Source: Vicugna vicugna
Lineage: Eukaryota
DNA: 64,000 nt
Direction: 5' to 3'
Assembly: GCA_013265495.1 (NCBI GenBank)
Contig: MU058213.1
Location: 2,852,001 to 2,916,000, forward strand
Positions 13,726 to 25,430 of the stretch are shown here, one piece after another. The notes beneath the pieces were generated by a model. It ran no database searches and had not been told where the DNA came from. It saw only the letters and a list, made by a program, of their open reading frames with translations. How positions within the stretch are numbered: the stretch's first letter is position 1; every line of letters begins with the position of its first letter. A program made the position numbers and the translations under genes.

Positions 13726-14171
13726 NNNNNNNNNNNNNNNNNNNNNNNNNNNNNNNNNNNNNNNNNNNNNNNNNNNNNNNNNNNNNNNNNNNNNNNNNNN
13801 NNNNNNNNNNNNNNNNNNNNNNNNNNNNNNNNNNNNNNNNNNNNNNNNNNNNNNNNNNNNNNNNNNNNNNNNNNNNNNNNNNNNNNNNNNNNNNNNNNNN
13901 NNNNNNNNNNNNNNNNNNNNNNNNNNNNNNNNNNNNNNNNNNNNNNNNNNNNNNNNNNNNNNNNNNNNNNNNNNNNNNNNNNNNNNNNNNNNNNNNNNNN
14001 NNNNNNNNNNNNNNNNNNNNNNNNNNNNNNNNNNNNNNNNNNNNNNNNNNNNNNNNNNNNNNNNNNNNNNNNNNNNNNNNNNNNNNNNNNNNNNNNNNNN
14101 NNNNNNNNNNNNNNNNNNNNNNNNNNNNNNNNNNNNNNNNNNNNNNNNNNNNNNNNNNNNNNNNNNNNNNN
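13726..14171. other. Assembly gap (446 N)
   Basis: Run of N. Confidence 1.
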
Positions 14172-14449
14172 ACAGAAATAGACTCATAGACAGAGAATAC
14201 AGACTTGTGGTTGCCAGGGGGGCAGAGGGTGGGAAGGGACAGACTGGGATTTCAAAATTGTAGAATAGATAAACAAGATTACACTGTATAGCACAGGAAA
14301 ATATACACAAAATGTTATGATAACTCAAAAAAAAAAAAAAAGAGACTCGTTTTGTTGTATTTTTGGAATGTCCTAGGGGTTAGCCCAGGTTCCCTTTCAG
14401 ACATAACCCAAACATCTGTGCTTGCAACTAGTTCTGTCCCTTCTGGCTT

Positions 14450-14580
14450 ACATCCAGTAGAATGTAACCTCCTTACAGGCAGGAACTGGGTCTAGCTTAT
14501 TCCCCTAGTGTATCACAGGGGCCTAGAAGAGTACCTAGAATATCGTAGTCACACATATATTTGTAGAATGATTCCTTGAA
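14450..14580 (+). mobile_element. L2 3' end fragment
   Basis: 'tagaatgtaacctccttacaggcaggaact...gcctagaagagtacctagaatatcgtag...atatttgtagaatga'. Confidence 0.65.
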
Positions 14581-15184
14581 TGGAAATTATGTACATATAT
14601 ATTGTAAGAATGAAATCTCAAACTTCAGGATGGGGCCATTTAAGAATCCCTAATTCCCATATAATGAAGAGCTACGTATATCCCTCCAAAGTCTCCGACA
14701 CCCTAGTAGGGAGCACAAAGACATGAGGAAGGACCTAGAAGTTTCACCAAGGGATAAAGAATACAGAACAAAGGCAAACAATCTATGCAGCAGAGTGCCA
14801 ACATGAATTACAGCATTTAAGACATTTTACTTTATGACTTTCAACAAATCAACATTATGTGAAACATCAGAAAAACACAAGTCTAATTCTGTCCCCCAAC
14901 ACTCTGTCCCACATTCTTAGGGAGCCAAGGGTAACCACCTGGTGGCCCTTCCACCCTTCCTTCTTGCTCAGATATTCATATCTGTAAAATTTATTAGATG
15001 TTTCTTAGCCTTTTTGTTAACCAAAATAGAATCATCTTCCCCACATATATGAGAACCTTGCCTTTTACTCTTTAATAGTTTTTCCTGAGTATTTCTGGTC
15101 ATACCCATCTTATTTTTTGCATTTATGCATATACCCAGACAATAGAAAAACATGGAAAAACTCTTTTTTTTCAGGAAGTTAGCT

Positions 15185-15390
15185 GTTAAAGGGCATTATG
15201 CTAAGCAAAATAAGCTAGGAACAGAAGGACAAGCATTACATGACTCCACTGACATGAGTTCTCTAAACTACAGAAACTCATAGAAACAGAGTAGAACTGC
15301 GGTTGGCCAGGGAGTGGAGGGTAAGAGAAAGAGGGAATTACTGACCAATAAGTATAAAGTCTCTGTTATCCAAGATGAATAACTTCCACA
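15185..15390 (+). mobile_element. L1MA-like 3' UTR fragment
   Basis: 'gggcattatgctaagcaaaataagctag...aaactcatagaaacagagtagaa...caagatgaataa'. Confidence 0.75.
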
Positions 15391-16038
15391 GGGTACAGAC
15401 TGGGGTTCCCACAATCCCCTCCTTGGACTCCAGACACTAGTTGAAAATCCAGGTTGTCACCTGTACTTCTGACTGGCTGGCTATAAACCCCAAGTTCCTA
15501 AGACCCACTCCTTGAGTTCAATTAATTTGCTAAAGTGGCTCACAGGACTCAAAGAAGCATTTTACTTACTAGATCACTGGTGTATTATAAAAGGATGTAA
15601 CTGAGAAACAGCCAGATGGAAGAGACGCTCAGGGCAAGGTTATGTGGGGAGGGGCTTGAAACTCCTATGCCCCCGGGAAAGACATCAGTCTTCCCACATC
15701 TCTACCCAGTCACCAGCCTGGAAGCTCTCCAAATCCTGTCCCTTAGGGGGTTTACGGAGGCTTCATGACATAGGCATGATTGATTAAATCATTGGCCATT
15801 GGCGATTAATCTGACCTCCAGCCCCTCTCCTTCTCAGAGGTAAGGAGGTGTGGCTAAAGTTTCCTAATCACAAGGTTGGTTCTCTGGGCAACCAGGCCCC
15901 ATCCTCAGGCACAGTTCAGAAGTCACTTAATTAACATAACAAAAGACACCTTTATTGCTCTCATAAGGGAAAATTACAAGAATTTGGAGAGCTCTCTGCC
16001 AAAAAAAAAAACAGAAAGAGAGAGACAGAGATCAAATA

Positions 16039-16349
16039 GTGTTGGCTGTCTGTATCCACAAGTTTCATACACAGGAATCAAGTAACCTGGGATGGAAAAC
16101 ATTCAGAAAAAAATTCCACAAAGTTTCAAAAACAAAACTTGGATCTGCTGCACACCAGCAACTACTTACATAGCATTTATATTGTTTTAGATATTACAAG
16201 TAATCTACAGATGATCTAATGTAAAGAGGATGTACATAGCTTACATGCAAATACTAAGTCATTATATACAAGGAATGTAACCATCTGTGGCTTTTCACAT
16301 CCACAGGGGGTCCTGGAACCAATTCCCCATGAGTATCAAGGGATGACCG
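16039..16349. mobile_element. MER2-type TcMar-Tigger MITE
   Basis: 'acatagcatttatattgttttagatattacaagtaatctacagatgat', 'gggggtcctggaaccaattcccc...agggatgaccg' followed by TA. Confidence 0.8.
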
Positions 16350-16353
16350 TATA

Positions 16354-16562
16354 CAGGTGACCCTTAAACAACACAGATTTGAACTGGTTCACTTATATAT
16401 GGATTTTTTTTTTACGCATACATACAACAGTACTACACAATGCAGGTTAGTTGAATCCTCAGATGCAGAATTGCAGATACAAAGGGCTGACTGCAAAGTT
16501 ATATGCAGATTTTTTACTGTACAGGGGTGGGCATCCCTCTCACCTTGTTCAAAGGTCAATTA
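16354..16562. mobile_element. Tigger2a-type MITE
   Basis: TIR-like ends 'ta caggtgacccttaaacaaca' and 'tgttcaaaggtcaat ta'. Confidence 0.8.
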
Positions 16563-16604
16563 TATGTTTCTCATTATAAATTGTAACATATTACCACATT
16601 TTTA

Positions 16605-17115
16605 AAAAATCTAGTGAAAACATACAGTACATTGCTTTCTGTGCCTATCTTTCCCCTTAGAATAATGCATCTGATGTTCACCTATGCTGTTCCATGAGTC
16701 AATATTCTTTTATTGCTGAATAGTATATTCCATCGTATGAATATGCAAAAATATGACCACTAACTGATGAGCATTTTTTGTTTCTAGTTCAGGTTAATAG
16801 CCCCAATAAAGCTGCCATTAGCATCTGCTTACATATATTAATATGGATATACATTTTCATTTCTCTCAAGTAACACCTAATAGTGGAATGGTAATTATGA
16901 ATAAAGCTGCTAATAACATTTGCACATAACTCTTGGTGTGCACATGTTTTCAATTCCTTTGGGAGTGAAATTGCTGGGCCATTTGGCAGATGCATATTAA
17001 ACTTTACAAGAAACTACCAAATTTTTCTGAAATGTCTGTACCAATTTGCACAGCAACCTCAAGGACTTTCAGTTGTTCCACATCCTTGCCAGTACTGAGT
17101 GTTCTAACTTTTTTA
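16605..17115 (-). mobile_element. Old L1 3' fragment(s)
   Basis: 'ttttattgctgaatagtatattccat', 'aataaagctgct', 'gttgttccacatccttgccagtact'. Confidence 0.75.
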
Positions 17116-18913
17116 GTTCTTCTAGAAGTGGGCCAATCAGAGGATGGGATTCATGGAGAGCACATCTTAAGTTGCTCAGATGATCTTTGAAAACAAGCCT
17201 ATTTCTATCATTTCTCCAGTAACAATCATCCAAGGTGTGGTACAAGAAGACCTGTCACCACCACACACATCAGTGTTCTGCCGTGAGGGGACCGCCAGGC
17301 TAGTTACAGGAAGTGTAGTCAGTACCACTTTACATCTGCCTGCTACATCCACAGAACTCCCAGAAGACTCTTTCCTCACATTTAATATTTGTTGTTTTGC
17401 TCTAACAAGTTGAAGGTTGTGAGTGGGCTATAGAAGACTTGGAAAAGCCATTCTTTAATCTCTCATCAACCCAAAGCCATTATGTAATAAAATTTTCTTT
17501 TTCAAATGAAAAGTAACACCAACTACATAGCACTTAAAAGACATTGCTCCTTTTCCTTTGGGAACTTATATGGCTGTCCTGAAATGAGAATCCTTATATT
17601 ACGATCTTCTTGAAAGCATTTTCTAATAGGTTTCCCAACTAGCTAATGACACAATATCTCACTCTTCATCCCAAATCCCTCAGCATAGTTCGCCTAAATT
17701 GTATAGTGATGAGTTAAAAAAAAAAAACAAAAAACAGCAGCGGCCCTCCCCACCACCAACTTCCATTTGAAGGCTTTACCACAAGTACTCCTCCCGGCCC
17801 CTTACTCCTAGCCAGGGACATCTTTGGAAACACTGCTAAAGTCCACTTGTGTTCCCAGGAGTTTCCCAGCTTGTAGGAAAAGTGGTTCCTCATCATGACA
17901 ACTGAGCTAGGTAAGGAGGAATAACTAGGGAAGCAATCTTAGAGGGAGCCCATCTCTAGCTCCAGGTGCCTGTCTACCTTCTTATCTCAATCATAGTTAC
18001 TTGGGACCTTCAGTACGACTGTCTCCAATCACCCTGCCCTTGAAGTAAAAGAAGCCTAGTGGGCTACAGAGCCAAGTACTGTTTCCAAGACTTGTTGCTC
18101 AATATTGGCATTTCCCTCTCCTCTCTAGGAAGCTTGCATGTCCACAAAGTACTTTGATAACTCAGATCACACGGTGTTCCAGAGCCAGAAGTGGGAACAG
18201 AGCTACGTCCAATCACTATCCCAAACTTGGCAGAATCCCATTTACTGATCAAAGAGTGCTCAAAGGTAAAGGACACGGTAAAAACTCAAGCAACACCTGG
18301 ATGTTGACATAATGAAGTGAAAACACTCAATTCTTTGCCCAAAAATCACTTTGTGATTATAAAAGCTTAGACATCAAATGTACAAGGAATATTTAATCTC
18401 CTGTGTTTCTACTACTCTGTTCAAAAAATAAAACACTGTCAACCCATCTGACATCTCCCTTGTATTCCTCCCTGAACCATCACCTTCTCCTCCTTTCCAC
18501 CCCTATCTTTAGAAGTAAACTTCACATTCTGAGAGTAGTTATCATATAGTAAAAATCAATAAATCAATAAATCAATAAAAATTAAGAAATGCATGGTGAT
18601 ACGTATGGATCCTTAGGCAAGGTAAGATGCTGTTTTGTTTGATATGGTTTTAAGTTTTATATTCATGATGAGATTCTGTCTATATTCCTCTGCAACTTCA
18701 TTTCTTCAGCCAACTTTCTATTTCTGACTTATGTACCACTATACAGTATTCTATTTTATGGTGATATCTTAATTTTTTATTCATTCTCCTACTGATAGAC
18801 AACTAGGTTGTTTCCAGTTTTGTGTCCTTTTTTAATTACAAACATATCTGCTCTAAGTACTTTTGTACACATCTCCTTGTGCACTTGAAGCAGAGTTTCT
18901 TTAGAGTATGTGC

Positions 18914-19458
18914 TGATGGAGTTCAGGGCAGGCCACCCCAGAATATGCCACTTTGGCATGTGGATGATTTTGAACTGAAAACAATCAAGTCCCAATAGAC
19001 TCAAGAAGAGCTCTTTACCTCCCCTTTAACTGTCTAAAAGAATTTAGATGGGGGGGTGGGCTGGTTTAGCAAGAGAATTATCACCAGAGATAACTACAGA
19101 CTGTGGGCTATGTGTGGTAAGCTCGGGGGAGCCCAGCAGGACCTCTTCGTTCAAATTTCTCTCTGTGCTCATCCTGTTTGTGTGGCATGGAAAACATTTG
19201 TTTCCCAGATTTTGCTCTTCCCCTCTTCCTTTGAATTGTCTTCCTCCCCTTTGTAGTTCCTGACAACTAGCCCCTTCTCCTTAGCTCAGAACAGCATACA
19301 AGCCTCAGTTGGCTGACTGTCTGGGAGCCTCTCATGTCTATGTGGGGCGTCCATAGGTCCAAAGTTAGTCTTTCCCCTATTACTCTGTCTTATGTCAATT
19401 TAATTATTAGGCTGGCCAAAATAACCTAAAAGGGAAAGGAAAAAATTTCCTCTCCTAT
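18914..19458 (+). mobile_element. MER34-like ERV1 solo LTR
   Basis: Starts 'tgatggagttcagggcaggccaccccagaatatgccactttggcat'; ends 'tctgtcttatgtcaatttaattattagg...aaaatttcctctcctata'. Confidence 0.75.
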
Positions 19459-19668
19459 AATATCTAAGAATGGGGTTGCTGGATCAGATAGGCTTACTTT
19501 CAACTTAACAAGATTGTCAGATTATACCCCAAAAGGACTACACCAATTTATATTTGCACCAGGATTACAGAAGTGCTCCCATTAGTCTCCATTCTAACAT
19601 TTGCCATTCTGGAGGGCGTGCAATGGTATGTCTATGTCATTTTAATTTTTTATTTTTCTGATTAGAGG

Positions 19669-20192
19669 TATCAAAGCAGAAGTTGCATGGTCAAGTTAAA
19701 CAGCAACAGTGACTTCAAGGTTATTTCAACGGTAGAGAGTATGCAGCCTGAACTCAAGTCTTCCGAAACAAAGAGCTGGAGAACTGTTCAATGCTGGGGG
19801 GAGCTAGTGGGAGCGTACTAGAGAACATTAGGAGGGAGGTCCATCAGTGGGATGTGCCCTACACACTCAGTTATCCCTGAGTCTGCAATCCTCTTCTCAG
19901 TGGCTGGGCCACCTGTACCTCCCTCCCAAAGAGACCCGGAGTGGCGGCACTGTCTCTCTTGATTGTATTTCAAAAGCTGGTTTCCAGGTCCTCGAGAAAG
20001 ACATCTTTAGCTTATTATCCTGGCAAGAGGCTTTTTAAAAATTTACATCTCAAAGGCACAGAGGAAGATTTTACAATTAGAAGTTTCCTTAAGTAAATGC
20101 TCTTAGAAAAGGGAGGTCAGGAGCCTAGAGCTGAGAAGAAGTCTGTCTTAAGTTTAGTGGCGCTGAGGGGGACGTCACCACCATCTTGGTCA
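19669..20192 (-). mobile_element. ERV1 solo LTR (MER67/MER89-like), 524 bp
   Basis: 4-bp TSD gagg at 19665-19668 and 20193-20196; minus strand begins TGACCAAGATGG and contains 'cctgacctcccttttctaagagcatttactt'. Confidence 0.75.
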
Positions 20193-22099
20193 GAGGTCAC
20201 CAGCCATTTAGTTTTCTGACTGAGGACTGTCTGCTCTGATCCTTTGCTCACTGTTCCTGAGTTGTTAGTCTGAATGATTTGTAAGACCTCTTTATATTCT
20301 CTGGATACTATTCTTTGACCAGTTATATGCATTGCATATCTCTCAGTTTGTGGCTTACCTTTGATTATCTTTTCAGTATCTTTTGATAGAAAGTAGTTTT
20401 AATTTTGATGTAGCTGAAGTTATTCAGTGTTTTCCCCTCTAAACTATATTTTTTGCATGTTAAGAAACCCTTCCCTATCCTAAAGCCATAAAGATTATCT
20501 ACTTTATTCTCAATTCTGCTTTCCAAATTTAGATCATCTATTGACTGTCTGGTATACATGCCTTTGGAATATCATTCGTTGTTTATCAGATTTTCATACG
20601 TGCAGTTTTGTTCATTGATTCATTCTACGATCTATTTTTCTGTACCTACAGTAATAGCACCAGGTTTTTATCACGTTGAAGTAAAATCCTGGTATCTCAC
20701 AGGTCAAGTCTCCCAAATTTTCTTTTCCAAAATTTTCTTGCCTTCAACTCTGTTTTAGATTAATACTTTGGTTCCTAAGTTTAAAATATCCCAAGAACAC
20801 ACTGAGGTTTATTTCACTACTTAGGGGGACATGATTCTACCTGAAGTTATTTTGGTACAGAACAGTGTCCTATGTGTACAGGTGACATGGAAGATAGGAG
20901 CTGAGTATAAGGAAAAACAGCAAGAATGCCCATGGTTGATCCATCTCTCTTGTGTCAACACGATGGCAAGTGTGGCCCCACAGAATCTAGCCCTGCAGCA
21001 AGCATATGCCTATTTTTCCATTCTCCAGATACAACTAATTCTATCTTTTCTATATTCCAATGCACATCTTTGGAAAGATCCTCTCAAATAAACTACAACT
21101 TTGTTGAATACATAAAACTGAAATGGAGCTGCAACCCAGCAACTTGGGGAGAGACCAGGCATAGTGATGGTATTCTAAGTTGGGACTGTTTCCTTCGACG
21201 TACACTTTCTTGAGCATCTAATGTGCCCATTTCTTTGAACAATAACACTTTCAGAAGGCTTTTTCATTAGCTAAACTAGACATTTATCCTTCACCATTCA
21301 TAATCCTCTACTGCTACCCCACTAGCTGATAGCAAATAAAAAGATGCAGCAATTTTTTTTAGTAATTGCTGCATTCTTTGCAGCATCGGCTTCTCAAAGC
21401 TTCCTCTTTCGGCATGCAGAAGTTTGGCAACAGAAATTGATGAATTGTAGCCATTCAAAAGCTTCATGCCCTTTAAAAAAAAAAAGGTGGAGTAGGGGGG
21501 TAAAATTCAGCCACTATTCTGCAATAAACTTTCTTAGAATGACCATATAATCTCAGTATAAATATCAGATCACTGTAAGGTTATTTTGACAGCCCTTTGG
21601 CATTATACATTAATATCTCTTCCCTGTCTTGGGTTCTGTTTCGCTAAACACATCAGCCCTTTTTTTGGTAAAACTATATAAACTGTGGATTACACTTTTC
21701 AAGTGGCATGTACAAGCAGGGGCTCTGATGAGGTGTCACAGACGCCACTTTCAGCATGGTGAAACTGCTCGGTCATAACTAACCTCATTTTCTATTCTGC
21801 TTTTTTTCTGTCCCTCTCTAGGGACTAAACAGGACAACATAAAGCTCCCTACAGGGCAGAGATGATAAAATTGACTTTTGCTAGCTCAGAATGCAATTTT
21901 CCACCACCGGCTCCTTTAGCGTTCAGAGTCCCTGAGCCAGTCTTTGGAATTTTCATTATGAAACTCAAAACTTCAGATTATATCACTTCATGCTTATGCG
22001 CCCAATAACTAATTACCATGAGTGCTTTCTGCTTTAATAAAGATGGGAGGCCCTTTTTGTCATCCCTCAATTCCACCTCCCGGGACTTCTGTGAAGGAA

Positions 22100-22350
22100 A
22101 CAGCAAATGGAATAAGAGCAGGAACTCGAGCCAAACTGCTTGAGCTCAAACCCTAACCTTGTCACTTACAAGCTGTTTGACTTTGTGCAAGTTACTTAAC
22201 CTCTCTGTGCACCAGTTTGCCTAGGTGTAAAATAAAGATAATTAACAGTAATTACCTCCTAGGGTTACTATAGGAATTAATAATTCAGTATATAGAAAGT
22301 ACATAGACCAATACTGGCATATCATATCCTATATATAAGAATTTACTGTT
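22100..22350 (+). mobile_element. MIR SINE
   Basis: 'cacttacaagctgtttgactttgtgcaagttacttaacctctctgtgc...tgtaaaataaagataat'. Confidence 0.8.
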
Positions 22351-22676
22351 ACTAAATAAGGATAAGCAAATTATTCATAGTGTTGTTTGAGAGTAAATGG
22401 TCTTAAAAAACAGTCTAGATTCCCACTGATTATCATTCAGTAGTGGACTACTAAGAAACCACGAAAAATGACGGAGCAGAAATATAGCACCTTAAGAAAG
22501 GCTGGTGGCATAATGTTCATATCTAGGCAATAAAGGAAGATGTGCTCCTTAAAGTATGCTGACCAACTGAGAGAGATGAGGCTCTCAGCATGGATGTTCA
22601 TACTCCAGAGAATGATCTTCCTTATTTTGGAGTAGGAGCAGAGGAAATTCTGACATTGAAAGACTCAAAGTTACCT

Positions 22677-22711
22677 CTTGCACACATTTTCTAACTTGCA
22701 CACATTTTCTA
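22677..22711. repeat. Short tandem duplication (cttgcacacattttcta x2)
   Basis: Identical 17-mers at 22677-22693 and 22695-22711. Confidence 0.9.
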
Positions 22712-23397
22712 CTTGATACACTTCAGTAAACACGGTAATAATTTCAAAGTAAATAAAAATATAGGATCCAAAAAGCTGCAAGCCTAACCAAAGGCAGGGA
22801 GAAGGATGGAAACATCACAAATCGTAGGGAAAAAAACTGAACAGCAGGCTTAGAAAATTAGACCTGGTTGATCTAAACTAACACAAGTCAGAGCATTCCT
22901 AGAAAAATGTCTCTGAGAAAGTAGCTTTAACAACTATCTCATTTAAGATTTAATAATAGGCTTTCAACAACCACAAGAATTGAAATTAAACACTCAAGAG
23001 GAAAAAAAGCCAAACAAAAAAATATACGGTCAAAATATGAAGTGAAATGGAACATGATTTGAAATCCAGGGAAAGCATAAAACAAGATAATTCTTTGACC
23101 TTCCCGCTTGGGATCTTCTTCTAGAAGCAGCAGACCTTTAGTCACCTCGGAGTCTACAGTCCAGAAAGCTCACATCACACTTCATAGTTCCAGAGTAAAT
23201 AAATATATAGTTATTATATTCATTTGCTTTTCAGGTTTCAGAATAGACATATGGACAAAACGCTTCATTACAGTTGCAGAATATACCACACAACATTTAT
23301 CTTGTCTATTCTTGGCTGAATGATGTATTTGTGTTAATTACAAAATCGTATGCCCTCTGTAAGACTTTACTGCAGTAGCTAAACTTATCATGACTGA

Positions 23398-23416
23398 ATG
23401 GCGCCCCCGGAGTTGT
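23398..23416 (-). promoter_or_regulatory. Candidate CTCF motif
   Basis: Minus strand ACAACTCCGGGGGCGCCAT resembles the CTCF core CCACCAGGGGGCGC, with retained CpGs in an AT-rich context. Confidence 0.4.
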
Positions 23417-23847
23417 CTGCAAAACTGTCAACTGTGTCCAGAGGTAAACTGACAGAAAGCAAAAACAGGACTGCTAGAACAAAGCATTGATATATTTTAC
23501 CTACAAAACATATATTTACGGTTAGTGAATCAATAAAAATACACCTAAGTTTGCTAATTATAATATTAAGCAAATAGAAGAAGCCAAAATATTTTTTTTA
23601 CTAAAATTTGTAATTTGAAGGAGAAGTGGGTATTACTGTATGTGAGCTAAGTTTCTTTCATAAACCTATAATGGAGTTAGAAGATGATTATTTGGAGTTA
23701 TGAAAGTAGCAATCACGAGAAGGAAAAACAGAAATGGTCGAAAGCTATGGCAGGTAGACAGAGGGATGAGGGACTAGTGTTGGGCAGAGAGTAACCATTT
23801 CCTATCGTTAAATACTGTTTTAATCATGCCTTTAGATTCCTTTTATA

Positions 23848-24065
23848 CGGTTGGGCTTTGAACAACGTAGGGGTTGGGGGACCAACACACCAATGCAGTA
23901 AAAAATCTGCGTGTAACTTTACAGCCAGCCCTCCACATCCATGGTCCTGACTCTGCAGAGTCAACCCACTGAGGACTCTGGGGTCCAGTAGTATGTACTC
24001 AGTGAAAAAGATCTCCATGTAAGTGGACCTGAGCAGTTCAGCCCTTGTTTTTCAAGGGTCAACTG
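23848..24065. mobile_element. Tigger2a-type MITE, opposite orientation to the 16354 copy
   Basis: 'ta cggttgggctttgaacaacg ... ttcaagggtcaactg'. Confidence 0.8.
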
Positions 24066-25318
24066 TCATCATTCTGAGTAATGATTTATGAACAAAAGTC
24101 TATGTGTGGTACATGTACAATTTTAGAGATGCTCCACCAAACCTTAGTTTTGCTGATTGCTGGGCTACGGAGTTAAATGACTTGTTTTACTTTGGCTTTT
24201 GCCTATTTTCAGTTTTTCCTAATAGTCTTGTGTAGTAAGTCACGCTTTATACATAACCATCATCAAACATTGAAATAGAAAAACTCATTTTAAGAAACTG
24301 ACAGTCAACTCTCCCACTCCTTCACTCTGCCTTTCTGGCCAGTGGGACTACAACATGTACACGAACCAAACCAGTGCCTTGTGACCATCTTCCCAGTACA
24401 AACTTTGGCACCTATACCTAATCCATGATGGCAGGGGAAGCCAGAGGATGTCATTGTTAAACCATACATATAAACAACACATCACTTCTCAGTGCGGGAA
24501 GACTGCATAATGGCAAGTAAACTGATTCCTCTCTTAGGAGCCCACCTATATGGAAACAGGACTCTGAAGGAAAGGTACAATTTGCGCATTTTCAACATCA
24601 CAAAAAAACAGAACTCATCGGACTGTCAACATCATGTGAGCACACTTGGCATTTACAATTGACTCCTCTTGGTTCTCCAGAGGACCCACAATGATTCTTT
24701 TTATATACAGGCATCAACTCGTCATTGAACTTGAAACAGTGAATAAACAACTGAGATAATTAAAGAATGGAAAACCTACAAGAGAATTTCTAATACCTGT
24801 GTCATACAGCTGCACTCTGTGGCCACAGAAACTAAGAGGACTTGCTCAGTTAGCAATGACCATGTTTTTGTTTTCTATTAGGAAAATTTCCAAAGAAATC
24901 TAGCTTAGTCCAAAGTTCAAACGAGACTCTAAATTAACAGCCAGGAACTATCCTGGCCTGTCTTAGGTATCACATACCCCACGGCATCATATACTCTTAT
25001 ACTAGGTGCTATAATTCTAATATTATAATACACAACATGCCTTGTGTTTCCTCAAGCACATTACACTTCTTTTTAGGAAAACAGAGGAAACACATATAAA
25101 GCACGAGAAAATTTAACCCCAACAAACTAACATGTAAAAGGGAACAGATTACAAATAATTTATTAAGTGACAACAATACACTGATGGACAGAGAAATTAG
25201 CCACTCCTGTCTCTAAGAGGCAACTGAGCGAAGTCAAGTGAATGAGAAGTATTTTGTTACAGCTTCTGGAAGCAAACTGAAACGTTTTATAAATAACAAT
25301 CCAGTGACACCAGGTGGT

Positions 25319-25430
25319 GGGAGGGTATACCTCAGTGGTAGAGCGCGTGCTTAGTATGCATGAGGTCCTGGGTTCAATCCCAGTAACTCCATTAAAAAAT
25401 AGATAAATAAATCTCATCATCTACCCTCCC
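25319..25430 (+). mobile_element. tRNA-Ala(AGC)-derived SINE (Vic-1 type, camelid)
   Basis: Head gggtatacctcagtggtagagcgcgtgcttagtatgcatgaggtcctgggttcaatcccagtaactcca is close to tRNA-Ala-AGC, with A box and B box (25371-25380), then an A-rich (taaa)n tail. Confidence 0.8.

Larger units (their letters stand above)
13028..14343 (+). mobile_element. Young 5'-truncated LINE-1 (lineage-specific) with poly(A) and TSD; spans the assembly gap
   Basis: TSD gactcgttttg at 13017-13027 and 14344-14354; tt|aaat endonuclease-type site just upstream; A-tail 14327-14341; intact ORF2 frame. Confidence 0.95.
15392..16598 (-). mobile_element. MER21-type LTR, interrupted by two Tigger MITEs
   Basis: 'ccttgagttcaattaatttgctaaagtggctcacaggactca', 'acagccagatggaagag'; terminus 'tatatgtttctcattataaattgtaacatattaccaca' resumes after 16562. 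Confidence 0.75.
18640..20750 (-). mobile_element. Old L1 (L1ME-like) fragment split by two solo LTR insertions
   Basis: L1 antisense motifs at 18640-18912, 19459-19664 and 20197-20750 ('tttatattctctggatactattctttgaccagttatatgcattgca'). Confidence 0.7.

Noticed and set aside
13251..14189. 312-aa ORF (and the 212-aa minus-strand ORF 13690-14328) as a host gene
   Set aside because: This is an L1 ORF2 fragment, and its length is inflated by the N gap.
18553..18580. (AAATCAAT)x3 repeat
   Set aside because: Ordinary short tandem repeat.
21291..21467. 58-codon minus-strand ORF (MKLLNGYNSS...)
   Set aside because: No recognisable homology; the length is compatible with chance.
24600..24730. Cys-containing minus-strand frame (FNDELMPVYKKNHCGSS...) behind a weak acceptor
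   Set aside because: No clear donor site and no recognisable domain.
25321..25391. Functional tRNA-Ala gene
   Set aside because: Mutated A box and anticodon loop, and an A-rich SINE tail instead of a T-run terminator.
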